From an uncultured Bacteroidaceae bacterium (lineage in GTDB: Bacteria; CAIWAD01), in the NCBI GenBank assembly GCA_964345075.1, contig CAYFPS010000005.1, forward strand, positions 96,103-160,102: a DNA stretch of 64,000 bases. Direction: 5' to 3'. Every line of letters begins with the position of its first letter. The stretch's first letter is position 1. The position numbers and the translations under genes are program-made. Positions 10,113 through 21,373 of this stretch are shown in pieces. The notes under the pieces are model-generated. The model saw nothing but the letters and a program-made list of their open reading frames with translations, did not search any database and was not told where the DNA came from.

Positions 10113-11472
10113 TCAGTTTCCGCAGCTGGTGATGCTGGCGCTGCTGCCGTTTTCCCCTTTAAGCAGATAGGTCCCGGTGGGAAGTGGGGGAAGCAGCAGT
10201 TGGCCATCAGCCGATGGCGAAAGCGTGGCAATGCGCCGGCCATCCAGCCCGAAGAGCTGCAGCTTTCCGGGACCCGCAGCCAAAGCGACAATCTGGCGCA
10301 GGCGGCCGCCCGGGTTGGGCCAGACAAGCAAGTCCTGACCCGCAGGCAGCCACTTCGAAAGATCCAGCACCGGCCCCGTGGAACTTGCATTCATTGGATT
10401 CACACAAAGCAGCCAATCACCGAAGCGGACTCGCTTCGTGTCGCCTGACTCAAGCGCATTGAGCTCATTGCCACTGAGCAGCCAGGCATAACGGCCCGAG
10501 GGCTGCGCATTGATCAAGGCACTCTCATCAACACGCAGGGCCTGCCATTCCAACTCGTCCAACAGACGCCAGGGCGGATCCTGCGCGACATCGGCCAGCG
10601 CATGGAACTGATCAGGATTCGGCCCTTCGACCATTGCCAGTTCGGCAATCGGATGCGGAGCATCCGAAAGACCGGCCTGCAAAAGAGCCGCCAGCGCAAT
10701 AGCGAGAGTGGCCTCCGGATCTGGCCTGCTGTAAAAGAGCCGCGGCCAGGCAAGCTCGGAAGCGGCATCATCCAGGCAGTTTACGATGGGAGCAGACAGC
10801 GTCAGCTCCGGGCAGTAGATCTTGACCAGTGCGCCAAGACCGTATTCCCGGGTGGCGGCAGTTTCAGTCAAGCGGCCCGGCAGGTGATCCAGCAGGGCAG
10901 GCAAATAGCGACTGACCCAGTCGTCATGATCGGGAAAGACCTGATCCTCGGCCCACACTGCGCTGGCTTCATAGAAAGAAAGGTTGGGCAGGGCGAAGCC
11001 GCGGGCAAACTGCCAGGCATGAAAAAACTCGTGCGCGGCTGTCACATCCAGCAGAAGCAGGGGGTCGGCGTCAAAGCCTGCCATGGTGGGATGCAGGAGC
11101 ATGTAGCTCAGGCCGTCAATCCCGTTTTCACTCCAGGGAACGCTGGTTGCACCGGGCGCCGAAGCAGGCGGCGGTGCAAGATAGACAGGATAATGGCCGA
11201 GGGGGCCCAGCGGAACGGTCCAGGCACCGGGAAGGTTGTGATACATGTCTCGCGCCTGGCTCAGCGCCGCCATTGCCCTTAACACATGATCGTCGGTGGA
11301 GGCGGAGTCCCCGCTGGAGTTCCAGTAGATGCCGAAAGTTCCATCAAGACTCAGACTCAGGTGCTGGAAGTTCTCGTCTATCGACCTTGTCGGTCGTTCC
11401 GCTTCAAGCAGAACACAGCTCTGCCGCGCATGAACGGAAAGAACAATCAGGATGAGGGCCAGGAGGCGCATG
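10113..11472 (-). CDS. Secreted HExxH-motif protein, putative zinc metallopeptidase
   Basis: Signal peptide MRLLALILIVLSVHA follows an AGGAGT RBS. It has a TAAHEFFHAWQF motif and a C-terminal beta-sandwich-like tail. Confidence 0.4.
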
Positions 11473-11478
11473 GGACTC

Positions 11479-13293
11479 CTACCGCAGATAGCTGGCTTTT
11501 CCCAGACGACGGTAACGACTGCCATCTGCCGCCTCGAACTCGAGCAGAACCAGATAGAGCCCTGAGGCCAGTGGGCTGAAGTCAAGCAGGATCATTTGCT
11601 CGCCCGGCTTGAGCTCCTGCTGATTCATTTGTATCACACGCTGACCCAGCAGATTGAAGACCGACAAACTGGCCCTGCCCGCCGCCGGTGTTACAAAGGA
11701 AAGATGTGTCACCGGGTTGAATGGATTGGGCGAAAGCTGGAATGCGAGGCTTTCCGGCAAGACAGCAGGAGCAACAGGCGCTGCTTCAGTTGGCAATTGA
11801 AGCGAACTGGCCATCAGCACCACATCGTCCAGCGCCGCTCCATAGGACCAGGCTCCGGTAAAGGTCCAGCGCAGCCGGAAGCTGGTAGCCGGGCTTGCAG
11901 GAAGATTCACACTGCGGGACTCCCAGTCTGGACTGGCTGTCGCCACATGCAGAAGTTCCAGACTGCCATCCGGGAATTCACGCTGTACGGTCAGTCTGCC
12001 GCCAGCATTTCCATTGTAAACCTGATCCCAGCCAAGCAGCCAGCTACTGGATTCGGTGGCCTCCACCCACGGTGATACAAGGACCGCGCACTGGCTCAGC
12101 GCCTGGCCCTGATCATCCAGCAGTCCGCGCCCGTCGCTGTTTACATAGGCAAACTGACTACGCGCCGGAATGGTGAAGTTGGCCGAGCTGACCTGACTTC
12201 CCAGCTCCCAGCCCTGTGTGTCCGTGCCGCAGTCATCGGCAAAGCTCTGCCAGTCATCCACCAGACTGTCCGCTTCGAAGTCCTGCAAAAGAACAAGGCT
12301 CTCGCTGTTTTCCGGGCGCCACCAGGCAACCGTGAAGGGAATCGTCAAGCGCTCAGGATCACCCGTAAGGCCTTGCCTAAGGTCCAGCACCAGACTGTCC
12401 TCAAAGACTCCATCAAACCAGGTTGTATCACCAAGAGCCGAAAGTGTGTCAATGGGATATGCGCCGGTCGTTAGATCACGGGCACCATCGGGCTGAAGGG
12501 TAAACTGCAATGTTTCACCGCTGCCAAAAATACTCATATCCAGCACAAAGGGACCGGCCGGGCGTGATACAAGCGTCACGCTCAGGCTGGAGTCCAGATC
12601 CAGGTTGCGGAAATGAATGGCCCCATACAGGCTGTCCGTGCTGGCCAGACCAAAATCCTGCCGGCTGGACGCCTCGTCCAGTGCCCAGCGCCGTGCAGGC
12701 TCAATCAGCATGTTGCCGCCGACATCATCCACCAGCAGGACGAAGGCATCCTGTGATACACAGCGAATGGCAAAATAGTGCAGGCGGGTTGAGTCGGGCG
12801 CCAGCTCATGGCGGAAGAGCTGCCAGTCAATCGGAATATTGCTGTGGCTCTCAAGCTGTTCGAACTGCCCGGTTGATGCGATCAGCTCCGGCTGGCTCAA
12901 GACTGTCTGGCTTTCCAGATGCAGGACTTCCATGCTCTCGGGGTAAGCCGGATCCTGACTGCGATAATAGAACTGAAAGAAGTGGTTGACCGTGCCGGGC
13001 CTGAGCGCAGGACTGATCAGCCAATCGTCGTTGGCCGTGCCGTCCTCATTGTAGCGGCAGCCCATGGTGCTTGAGCCTCCGCGAGCGCCGTAATAGTCTT
13101 CCTGAAAATGGCGGGTCCAGCTGCTGCCGGACTGGTCGGCGTCTACAAGCGTCCAGTTAAGCTCCCAGTCCGTGTCCTCGAAGCCCTCCGTGAGCAGCTC
13201 GTCACTGGCCCGTCCAGCATGCTTGTCCACCTGCGCAGATTGGGCGAAGACAGCGGAAGTGCAGACCAACAGAAGCAGCAGAAAGGCTCTCAC
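11479..13293 (-). CDS. Secreted protein with a T9SS C-terminal sorting domain (cargo)
   Basis: Signal peptide, and a C-terminus (SPNPFNPVTHLSF...LGQRVIQM...ASGLYLVLLEFEA) typical of the Por_Secre_tail type A CTD. Confidence 0.65.
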   Translation of the reverse strand: MRAFLLLLLVCTSAVFAQSAQVDKHAGRASDELLTEGFEDTDWELNWTLVDADQSGSSWTRHFQEDYYGARGGSSTMGCRYNEDGTANDDWLISPALRPGTVNHFFQFYYRSQDPAYPESMEVLHLESQTVLSQPELIASTGQFEQLESHSNIPIDWQLFRHELAPDSTRLHYFAIRCVSQDAFVLLVDDVGGNMLIEPARRWALDEASSRQDFGLASTDSLYGAIHFRNLDLDSSLSVTLVSRPAGPFVLDMSIFGSGETLQFTLQPDGARDLTTGAYPIDTLSALGDTTWFDGVFEDSLVLDLRQGLTGDPERLTIPFTVAWWRPENSESLVLLQDFEADSLVDDWQSFADDCGTDTQGWELGSQVSSANFTIPARSQFAYVNSDGRGLLDDQGQALSQCAVLVSPWVEATESSSWLLGWDQVYNGNAGGRLTVQREFPDGSLELLHVATASPDWESRSVNLPASPATSFRLRWTFTGAWSYGAALDDVVLMASSLQLPTEAAPVAPAVLPESLAFQLSPNPFNPVTHLSFVTPAAGRASLSVFNLLGQRVIQMNQQELKPGEQMILLDFSPLASGLYLVLLEFEAADGSRYRRLGKASYLR

Positions 13294-14174
13294 AGACCCG
13301 TCTCCTCTATCAGCAGCGCGCAGTCAAAGGCACCCGCGCTGTGCGTCAGCGCTCCGCTCGAGATCCAGTCCACGCCCAGCTCGGCCACTGCAGCAATGTT
13401 CGCCTCGGTGATGCCGCCGGAAATTTCCAATCGTGCTCTACCGGCTGTTTGTGATACAGCCTGGCGCGCTTCTTCAGGAGTGAAGTTGTCCAGCATGATC
13501 ACATCCGCACCGGCTGCGATCGCCTCGTCCAGCTCGATCAGATTGGTAACTTCCACCTCGATTCGAGGAAGTGGATCACGACCGGCAATCAAGGATTTGG
13601 ACCGTGATACAGCGGCCGAAATCGATCCCGCTCCGCGGATGTGATTTTCCTTGATCAGCACCATGTCGTAGAGGCCCATGCGATGATTGTCCCCACCGCC
13701 CGTTTTCACCGCATACTTGTCAAGTCTCCTCCAGCCCGGCAGGGTCTTGCGCGTATCCAGCAAGCGGGTTGAGGCTGGTAGCTTTTCAACCAGACGGGCC
13801 GTCAGGCTGGCAACGCCAGAAAGATGCTGCAGGAAGTTCAGGGCCGTGCGCTCGGCGGCAAGCAGGGTGCGAATCGAGCCCTCCACACGCAGGATCACAT
13901 CCCCACGGCGAAGCTTGCTGCCTTCCTTGAATGGAAAGTCAAAGACAAGCTCTTCCTCTCCCGCGACTTCACGAAAGACGGCTTCAACCAGCGGCAGCCC
14001 ACAAAGAACACCATGCTGCCGCGCCTCAATTCGGGCACGGCCGCGCGCTGTTTCCGGCATGCAGGCTGTGGCGGTGAGGTCAGCGGGAATCCAGGGCGGG
14101 CCGTCCTGACCGAAATCCTCGCGCAGGGCGAGCATTACAAGAGTCAGGCCATCGCGGAGGGTTTCGCTGTTCAT
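13290..14174 (-). CDS. nadC: Nicotinate-nucleotide pyrophosphorylase (quinolinate phosphoribosyltransferase)
   Basis: Motifs HRMGLYDMVLIKENHI and ISGGIT. Confidence 0.85.
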   Translation of the reverse strand: MNSETLRDGLTLVMLALREDFGQDGPPWIPADLTATACMPETARGRARIEARQHGVLCGLPLVEAVFREVAGEEELVFDFPFKEGSKLRRGDVILRVEGSIRTLLAAERTALNFLQHLSGVASLTARLVEKLPASTRLLDTRKTLPGWRRLDKYAVKTGGGDNHRMGLYDMVLIKENHIRGAGSISAAVSRSKSLIAGRDPLPRIEVEVTNLIELDEAIAAGADVIMLDNFTPEEARQAVSQTAGRARLEISGGITEANIAAVAELGVDWISSGALTHSAGAFDCALLIEETGL

Positions 14175-17100
14175 CAGTTCTTGTCGCTTCCACTTAGTGC
14201 GCCAGCCGCGCGCAGCAGGTTGATGCGTTCCTGCGCGGCACTACCAAAACTGGAGCCCGGACCGCGTCGCCGAATGATATCGATGTAGAGTTCTGCGGCG
14301 CGATCAGCCTCACCAAGCTCCTCCCAGCACTGCCCGGCCTGATAAAGGGCGGTCACGTCCCAGTCCAGCTTGGTATCTCCCGCAAGGTAGGGAACCTTCA
14401 GGTACTCGAGGATTGCGGCGCGCAGCTGTCCGTCAAGCTGCAGGGCCTCGCCGATGTAGAACTGCAGGGCGGCGGCGCGCTCCGTGTCCACAATCGGCAG
14501 GAGTTCACGCATCTCGGCAATGGCGGGATTCAGTTCGCCCAGATCCTTGCGCAGAAGGGCCGCCTCCATGCGGCGCGCCAGATAATCGTCTGCATTCGGG
14601 AATTCCCGCAAATAGCGCAGCAGCATCTGCAGTGCGCCATCGGGAAAGCCTTCTTCCCGGTAGATCCGCACCAGCAAAAGGCTGGCTTCCCGCCGATCCA
14701 CCTCTGGCGCCTGGCTTTCAGAGAGCTCACGCAGGGCGCGCATTCCGGCGCGACTGTCGCCACTTTCATAAAGGAGTCTGCCCTTGAGCAGACGCCCTTT
14801 TGCGGCCTCGGCAGATTCCGGCCACTGGGTAATCAGCTGATCAAGTTCCCCAAGGGCTTCCTGCACCTCGCCCTTTCCCACAAGCGTACGGGCAAGTCCC
14901 CAGCGGGCCATAAGGCCAAAGCGTGTATCACGATAATCACGCACGACAAGCGAGAAGCTCTTTTCCGCGCCATCGCGGTTGCCGGCGCGCAGCTGGGCTT
15001 CGCCCTTGGCCCAGTTCATGGCCGCCTTGACCGTGTCTGCATCGATTGTATCACGGAAGTCCTTCAACAGGCGACCGAACTCGCTTTTGGCCCTGTCGAA
15101 GTCGGCGCGCTGGTAGAGGTTCTTGACCCAGGCTGTGCGCAGTTCGGCGTCTGGCGAGGCCGCGGGATTCAACGTGTTCAGCAGCGCCGCCTCGGCGGCA
15201 TAATCGCCCTTTTGGGCCATCAGTCTGGCCAGATCCCGTGTAGCACGCAGCTGAACCGGGCCATCCGGTGAATGGGCCAGCAGGTTGCGATAGAGGCGCT
15301 CGGCCTGATTCAGATCACCCTGTCTGGCTGTACTGGCGGCAATGCGCAAAAGGGCATCCTCGCCACGGGCGCGATCCTTGCGGCCAGCCCCTCGCAGGTA
15401 GCGCGCAAAGGCTTCGCGAGCGTCCTCTTCCTGACCAAGGGCCTCGTAACACATGCCAATCGAGTAATCATACTGGCTGCCTTCTTCGGGCAGGAGGTCA
15501 ATCGGTTGATTGCGATGGGCGGTGAGAGCACGCTCCTGCCAGGCGGCAAGTGCACCCCGGAAGTCGCCGCTTTTGAAGAGCAGGGCCGCGCGCAACTCCT
15601 CGGCTGTTTCCAGCGCGGGATGATAGGCGTGATCACGGCGCAAGGATTCCAGCAGCTCCAGACGCTCCGCATCGGGGGTTCCCACGGCGGCTGCCAAAGC
15701 AAGATCCGCTTCGATTCTCCAGGGCGAATCCGGCGCTTCCAGTCGCAGTGTTTTCCAGGTCTCCAGCGCAAGTGAGTCCTGGGCAAGCCTGCCAAAAGCC
15801 AGCGCGCGTGCGGCAAGCGCCAGATCCTGCCGCTGATCCCGGCAATGAAAGTCCAGCACCAGCAATGCGAGCGAATCAGCCGGATTCACCTCTGTCTGCT
15901 TTTCCAGTGCTGTGATACAGGTCTGATGAAATGCTGTGGGCAATCCCGCAACCAGATCAAGGCTGTCGCAAAGTGCGGCCAACAGCCGTGCCCTCTCTAG
16001 CAGGGCATCAGCACCAGGGCTCGGCTCCAGACTCCAGAGGCATTCAAGCGACGCTACAACGGTTTCTGGCTGATGCAGCAATTCACCCTGCTGAGCCCAG
16101 AAATCGATTACAGCACTTGTATCACATAGATCGCGCTGACACTCCAGCACTCCAAGCGCCGCTTTTGAAAGGCCTTCACCCGAAAGCCCCTCCATGGCCC
16201 GCTTGTACTGTCCAAGAGCTTCGGCGGGTTTGGCCAGTCTATTGTGGTAGATCTCGGCAAACTCGAAAGCCAGCTGCGCGGGATCTTCACCCGAGCCCTG
16301 CCTGACCATCAAATCAAGCAGCTCCTCCTGCACGGCCGTGCCCGCCTGCGCACCAGCACCTGCTCGCTCAAGGGCCTCCTCTGCTGCTGGCAAAAGGGGC
16401 GATAGAGGACAGAGGGCACGCATGCTTTCCAGCTCGCGCCGGGCACGCAGCCACTCGGCCTGCGCCAAAGCCAGTCGAATGCGCAGGAATATGCGCTCAT
16501 CCATTTCCTGCGCGCTGTCGAGGCGGTCATCCAGCAGGTGTGACGCTTCCCTTAACTCACCGGCTTCCAGCAGGGCTTCAGTCCAGACAACCGGAACCGG
16601 CTGGCCGGGAAGAATCTCGCTGATGCGAAGCTTGCGAAGCAGCTCGGCAGATGGCCCAGTCAGGCGTGAATTGCAGCGCTCGTCAAGCAGCCAGGCGACG
16701 TGCTCTTCGGCCTGAGGATTCGTGAGCAGTTCATCATAGAGTCCGGCTGCCCTCGCCGGAGTTGCCCCTCTGGCCAGCGTCCAGGCCGTGGCGATCTGTG
16801 AGGAAAGGGTCGCTTTGCCAAGTGCGCCGAAGGACTCGGCAGCTTCATCAAATCGACCGAGCGCGGCCAGTGCCGAACCGCGAACAAGATTCAGACTGTC
16901 CGACAATGCCGGGGCTGTGGCTGCAAGATCCTGAAGCAGCTCCAGAGCCTCGGCGGGGCGGCCCGCCTCCAGACTGAAACCAGCAGCTCTCAGTTTCAAC
17001 CGAAGCTGTGCATCAGCGGCAAGACCGGGCACATCTGCCAAAAGCAGATTTCTGGCTAAAGCGGGCTCGTCTGCAGCCAGCAATGCGGCAAGTTGCAATC

Positions 17101-17719
17101 GCGCCCGGGCTTCCAGATAAGGATAACGGCCGCTGGCAAGTTGTATCACACGATCACAGGCGCTTTTCGCCCTGTCTGTGTTGCCAAGCTTCAGGTCCAT
17201 CTCCGCAAGGGCCAGACGGGCCTGCAGCGCCTCGGGGCTTTCCGGCCAGCCACCGATGATGGCCTCCAGCAGGCCGCGCTTCTCGCTACCTGTCGGTTGC
17301 CTTCGGGCCGCGCTGAACATGGCAGCCGCAGCCTGAGGGTCTTCGGGAAAGCGTTCGGCAAAACTGCGCAGGGCACTTGCTGCTTCGCGGCTACGCCCCA
17401 GACTGTCCAGACAATCGGCCACTCGGCGCTGGGCCTGTGATGCAAGCGGGGAATCCATGTGATTCAGGGAGAGCCGCTGCCAGCTGCTTCTGGCCTCGTC
17501 AAAACGCCTCAGGGCGAAGGCAGAGCTCGCCTCGAGGTTGAGGATCAGATCCATCTCGGCGGCATCGGGAAAGCGCTCGCGCAGGATGCGGCACTGCTCG
17601 ACGGTCAGATCGTGTACACCATCGGCCTGCAAGCGGCGCGCGTAGTCCAGATCACGCTGCAGATCGGCATGCAGCAGCAGCGGTAGTGCCAGCAGGGCGA
17701 GAATCCATGCGCGCAGCAT
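14174..17719 (-). CDS. Large secreted tetratricopeptide-repeat protein
   Basis: 1181 aa with a signal peptide and repetitive TPR-like helical repeats. Confidence 0.6.
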   Translation of the reverse strand: MLRAWILALLALPLLLHADLQRDLDYARRLQADGVHDLTVEQCRILRERFPDAAEMDLILNLEASSAFALRRFDEARSSWQRLSLNHMDSPLASQAQRRVADCLDSLGRSREAASALRSFAERFPEDPQAAAAMFSAARRQPTGSEKRGLLEAIIGGWPESPEALQARLALAEMDLKLGNTDRAKSACDRVIQLASGRYPYLEARARLQLAALLAADEPALARNLLLADVPGLAADAQLRLKLRAAGFSLEAGRPAEALELLQDLAATAPALSDSLNLVRGSALAALGRFDEAAESFGALGKATLSSQIATAWTLARGATPARAAGLYDELLTNPQAEEHVAWLLDERCNSRLTGPSAELLRKLRISEILPGQPVPVVWTEALLEAGELREASHLLDDRLDSAQEMDERIFLRIRLALAQAEWLRARRELESMRALCPLSPLLPAAEEALERAGAGAQAGTAVQEELLDLMVRQGSGEDPAQLAFEFAEIYHNRLAKPAEALGQYKRAMEGLSGEGLSKAALGVLECQRDLCDTSAVIDFWAQQGELLHQPETVVASLECLWSLEPSPGADALLERARLLAALCDSLDLVAGLPTAFHQTCITALEKQTEVNPADSLALLVLDFHCRDQRQDLALAARALAFGRLAQDSLALETWKTLRLEAPDSPWRIEADLALAAAVGTPDAERLELLESLRRDHAYHPALETAEELRAALLFKSGDFRGALAAWQERALTAHRNQPIDLLPEEGSQYDYSIGMCYEALGQEEDAREAFARYLRGAGRKDRARGEDALLRIAASTARQGDLNQAERLYRNLLAHSPDGPVQLRATRDLARLMAQKGDYAAEAALLNTLNPAASPDAELRTAWVKNLYQRADFDRAKSEFGRLLKDFRDTIDADTVKAAMNWAKGEAQLRAGNRDGAEKSFSLVVRDYRDTRFGLMARWGLARTLVGKGEVQEALGELDQLITQWPESAEAAKGRLLKGRLLYESGDSRAGMRALRELSESQAPEVDRREASLLLVRIYREEGFPDGALQMLLRYLREFPNADDYLARRMEAALLRKDLGELNPAIAEMRELLPIVDTERAAALQFYIGEALQLDGQLRAAILEYLKVPYLAGDTKLDWDVTALYQAGQCWEELGEADRAAELYIDIIRRRGPGSSFGSAAQERINLLRAAGALSGSDKN

Positions 17720-20130
17720 CAGCCGACCAGCCTCAGTTTGGCCATGCGCGCCACCATCTTCTTGACGCCGACGGAATCAAAACGCACGGAAACACGCATT
17801 TCACCCCCGAATCCAACAGTATGGATCACAACGCCCCGGCCGTACTTGCCGTGCATGACCGTCGTTCCCGGCCTTAGATCAGCCGGTTGGGCCAGATCCG
17901 GAAGCTGGCTTTCGTTTTCATAATCGGGCATGCCGCCGCCTCTGAAGGGGCTGTACTGATCACGCAGGGCGCTACGCTGCTTGTCTTCAAAACTCTCGCG
18001 CCTGGGCGGCTTGCCCTGCCGCGGCTTGGGATTGAAGGATGGTGCCGGCGGATCCAGTTCCAGCTCGCCACCGGAGAAGCCGGGCTGCTGCGGGCGATCC
18101 ACCCTGCCACGCCGCTGATTTGTATCACGGCCGGGCCTGACTGATGGACGGAAATTGCCGCGATCGAGTCCGGCGATCACATCCTTGAAGTGACCGCCCA
18201 TGCCAAGGCGGCTCTCCTGCTTTGGTCTATCCAGCAGCTCCGGATGAATTATGTCAAGAAAACTTGAAGGAATGCTGCCACCCGCCTGCCCGTAACGGCG
18301 GCGCATGTCGGCGTGACACAAATAGAGATGCTTCATGGCGCGCGTGGCCGCCACATAAAAAAGCCTGCGCTCCTCTTCCAGCTCGGAAGGATCGTCCATC
18401 GCCCCAGCCAGCGGGAAGAGACCTTCTTCCAGACCGGTCACGAAAACAACCGGAAACTCGAGACCCTTGGCGCTGTGGATGGTCATCATGGTGACGTGAT
18501 CATCCTGATCGTTCCAGCCATCCACATCGGCAACAAGCGCGACTTCCTGCAGGAAGCCGGCCAGGCCCAGCTCCGAGTTCTCCTCGTAGTGCTGAATGGC
18601 GCCCTGCAGTTCGCGCACATTCTCGATGCGCGGCACACCTTCCAGACCTTCGGCCTCAAGGCTCTCGATGAAGCCGATTTCCTCGATCAGCTCCTCAAGC
18701 AGCTCGGAGGGCTTTTTTTCATCCACTGTATCACGGTAACGTTTGAGCATGGCGCCAAAATCCGTGACACGTTTCGCGACCGCAGCGCCCAGACCTTCTG
18801 CCTGGCCGGCGATGCGCAGTGCTTCTTCCAGCGTGCATGAGCGCTGTGCGGCCAGCAGGCGCAGCCGATCGACCGTAACACCACCAATACCGCGGCGCGG
18901 GACATTGATCACCCTTAGCAGACTCATCAGGTCGGATGGATTGACCAGCATGCGCAGATAAGCGAGCAGGTCCTTGATCTCCCGGCGCTCGTAAAAGCGC
19001 GTGCCACCCACAATCTGATAGCGAATGCCGTTACGCATGCAGGCTTCTTCCAGCGCGCGGGACTGGGCATTGGTCCGGTAGAGAATCGCGCACTGTTTGA
19101 AGGTTCCACCCGCCTCCACATGCTTGCGGATGCGCGAGCAGACCAGCGCCGCCTCCATACCCTCGTCTTCTCCGCGCAGAATCGGAATGCGCTCACCCTT
19201 GCCGTTTCGCGTCCAGAGCTTCTTGGGCTTGCGGGTTTCGTTGCGTGATACAACCGAGTGGGCGGCGTTCAGGATGGTCTCCGTGGAGCGGTAATTCTGT
19301 TCCAGCTTGAAGACTTTGACATCGGGCCAGGTTTCTTCGAAGTCGAGAATGTTGCTGATATCCGCGCCTCGCCAGCCGTAAATCGACTGGTCGTCATCAC
19401 CCACGACACAAATGTTATTGCGCGGCGCGGCCAGCAGGCGTGTCACCTCGAACTGGGCACGGTTGGTGTCCTGATACTCGTCAATCAGGATATAGCGGAA
19501 GCGATCACGGTAGATCTCCAGCCGCCCGGGATGCTGCTGAAAGAGTTCGATCGGGCGAATCAGCAGGTCATCGAAGTCCATCGCGTTGGCCTGCTTGAGC
19601 TGCACGGCATATTCACGGTAGACCTCGGCGATCTGCTCGTGGATGAAGCCCGTATCCTGCGCCAGAAAGGCCTCCGGATCCAGCATTGCATTCTTGGCCG
19701 CCGAAATGTTCGAGCGAATGCGCTTGGGATTCAGCTGTCCGCTTTTCATCTGCAGACGGTCCATGCAGTCCTTGATCAGCTTGAGCTGATCGTCACTGTC
19801 GTAGATGGTAAAGTTGCGGCCGTAGCCGATGAACTCGGCCTCGCGCCTCAGGATGCGGGCGAAGATGGAATGGAAGGTGCCGACCCACATGTCGGAGAGG
19901 CCCGCCTGGACAAGGTGGCCGATGCGCTCTTTCATTTCCCGCGCGGCCTTGTTGGTAAAGGTCAGGGCCAGAATCTGCCAGGGCTTGGCGCGCCCTTCGG
20001 CAAGAATCCAGGCAATGCGATTGGTGAGCACGCGGGTCTTGCCGCTGCCGGCGCCCGCAAGAATCAGTACCGCGCCCTCGGTTTCGCGCACGGCCCCTTG
20101 CTGGGCGTCATTCAGTTGTGAGATGTCCAT
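17719..20130 (-). CDS. pcrA: ATP-dependent DNA helicase PcrA/UvrD
   Basis: Motif AGAGSGKTRVLTNRIAWIL, the UvrD helicase motifs and the C-terminal tail. Confidence 0.9.
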   Translation of the reverse strand: MDISQLNDAQQGAVRETEGAVLILAGAGSGKTRVLTNRIAWILAEGRAKPWQILALTFTNKAAREMKERIGHLVQAGLSDMWVGTFHSIFARILRREAEFIGYGRNFTIYDSDDQLKLIKDCMDRLQMKSGQLNPKRIRSNISAAKNAMLDPEAFLAQDTGFIHEQIAEVYREYAVQLKQANAMDFDDLLIRPIELFQQHPGRLEIYRDRFRYILIDEYQDTNRAQFEVTRLLAAPRNNICVVGDDDQSIYGWRGADISNILDFEETWPDVKVFKLEQNYRSTETILNAAHSVVSRNETRKPKKLWTRNGKGERIPILRGEDEGMEAALVCSRIRKHVEAGGTFKQCAILYRTNAQSRALEEACMRNGIRYQIVGGTRFYERREIKDLLAYLRMLVNPSDLMSLLRVINVPRRGIGGVTVDRLRLLAAQRSCTLEEALRIAGQAEGLGAAVAKRVTDFGAMLKRYRDTVDEKKPSELLEELIEEIGFIESLEAEGLEGVPRIENVRELQGAIQHYEENSELGLAGFLQEVALVADVDGWNDQDDHVTMMTIHSAKGLEFPVVFVTGLEEGLFPLAGAMDDPSELEEERRLFYVAATRAMKHLYLCHADMRRRYGQAGGSIPSSFLDIIHPELLDRPKQESRLGMGGHFKDVIAGLDRGNFRPSVRPGRDTNQRRGRVDRPQQPGFSGGELELDPPAPSFNPKPRQGKPPRRESFEDKQRSALRDQYSPFRGGGMPDYENESQLPDLAQPADLRPGTTVMHGKYGRGVVIHTVGFGGEMRVSVRFDSVGVKKMVARMAKLRLVG

Positions 20131-20148
20131 TCCATTCCCGTTTTGCGG

Positions 20149-21237
20149 CTACTTGCGGCCGCGCTCTCGACGCAGTTTTCGCCGCAGCTTGTCCAGCGGC
20201 TTGCGGTTTTCCAGATGTTCATCGTAGCTGTGCGCGAAGACATGGCTGCCATCGCCGAGCGCAACAAAGTAAAAGTAGTCACATTCAGCCGGCTTCATGG
20301 CCGCTGCCAGCGCCACCCGCCCCGGGTTTCCGATCGGCCCCGGCGGCAAGCCCTTGTAGAGATAAGTGTTGTAGGGCGAGTCAATTTCCAGATCCTTGAG
20401 CAGCAGGCGGCGGGGTCCGTCAGGCAGCAGAATCTGCACGGTTGGATCCGCCTGCAGGCGCATGCCTTGTTTCAGTCTGTTGTGATACACGGCCGCAACC
20501 GTATCCGCTTCCGATGCCAGCTGAACTTCGCCCTGCACAATGCTGGCCATGGTCAGTAGCTCGCGCAGCTCATGGCCCTTCGGTCGCGCCCCGGGTGAAA
20601 GCTCATCGATCACGGCGAGTGACATCTTCACCAGCCTGGTCAGTACCTGCTCCTCCGTTTCGACCTCTGAAACGAGATAGGTCTCCGGGTAGAGCAGGCC
20701 TTCCAGATCCGGTTGATTCAGGCCGAATGAGGCGATGAAGAGGCTGTCGCCAACCAGCTGCATCACGCGCAGACTGTCCAGACCGAGTTCCCGTGATACA
20801 ATGCCGGCAATCTGCCCGGCGCGGGCTGCTTCCGGCACTCGAAGGCGGCGCACAGGTACGGCGTAGTCCTGCATGGCCTCCAGCATTTCCCACGGACTCA
20901 TGCTCGATTCCAGAATGAAGAGCCCCTGCTGGATGCCGGTGGCCAGGCCGAAAAGGCGGGCGGCCAGCTTCAGGCGAAAGGGGCTTGTCAGCAGCCCGCG
21001 TGCCTGCAGCTCACTGGCAATCTCGCCCAGCGTCATGCCGGCTTCAACACGCAGCGTGTCCTGCTTGATGGGTCCGCGCGCGGCAGGCGCCTCAATCAGA
21101 CCAATCCAGCCACCAGCAGCGATCAGAAGGAGCAGAATGATGGCAGCCGAAAGCCCGCGCTTTCCCCCCATGAAGGCCGCGCGCTTATCCACCTGCTTTT
21201 CCAGCTGATGTTGCTCTTCCTGCATCTCGTTGTCCAT
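20149..21237 (-). CDS. mltG: Endolytic murein transglycosylase MltG (YceG family)
   Basis: Conserved C-terminal YNTYLYKGLPPGPIGNPG. Confidence 0.8.
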   Translation of the reverse strand: MDNEMQEEQHQLEKQVDKRAAFMGGKRGLSAAIILLLLIAAGGWIGLIEAPAARGPIKQDTLRVEAGMTLGEIASELQARGLLTSPFRLKLAARLFGLATGIQQGLFILESSMSPWEMLEAMQDYAVPVRRLRVPEAARAGQIAGIVSRELGLDSLRVMQLVGDSLFIASFGLNQPDLEGLLYPETYLVSEVETEEQVLTRLVKMSLAVIDELSPGARPKGHELRELLTMASIVQGEVQLASEADTVAAVYHNRLKQGMRLQADPTVQILLPDGPRRLLLKDLEIDSPYNTYLYKGLPPGPIGNPGRVALAAAMKPAECDYFYFVALGDGSHVFAHSYDEHLENRKPLDKLRRKLRRERGRK

Positions 21238-21373
21238 CAATCGATTAACCCATCCAAGCTACCAAATTCCGCCCTTGACAGCCAGAGCTTGAGTGAAAAA
21301 GGAGGGCGGGAAATTGGGAGGTGACAGGGAGGGTGGACAGGGTGAAGAATGGCAGATTGCAGATTGATGATAA

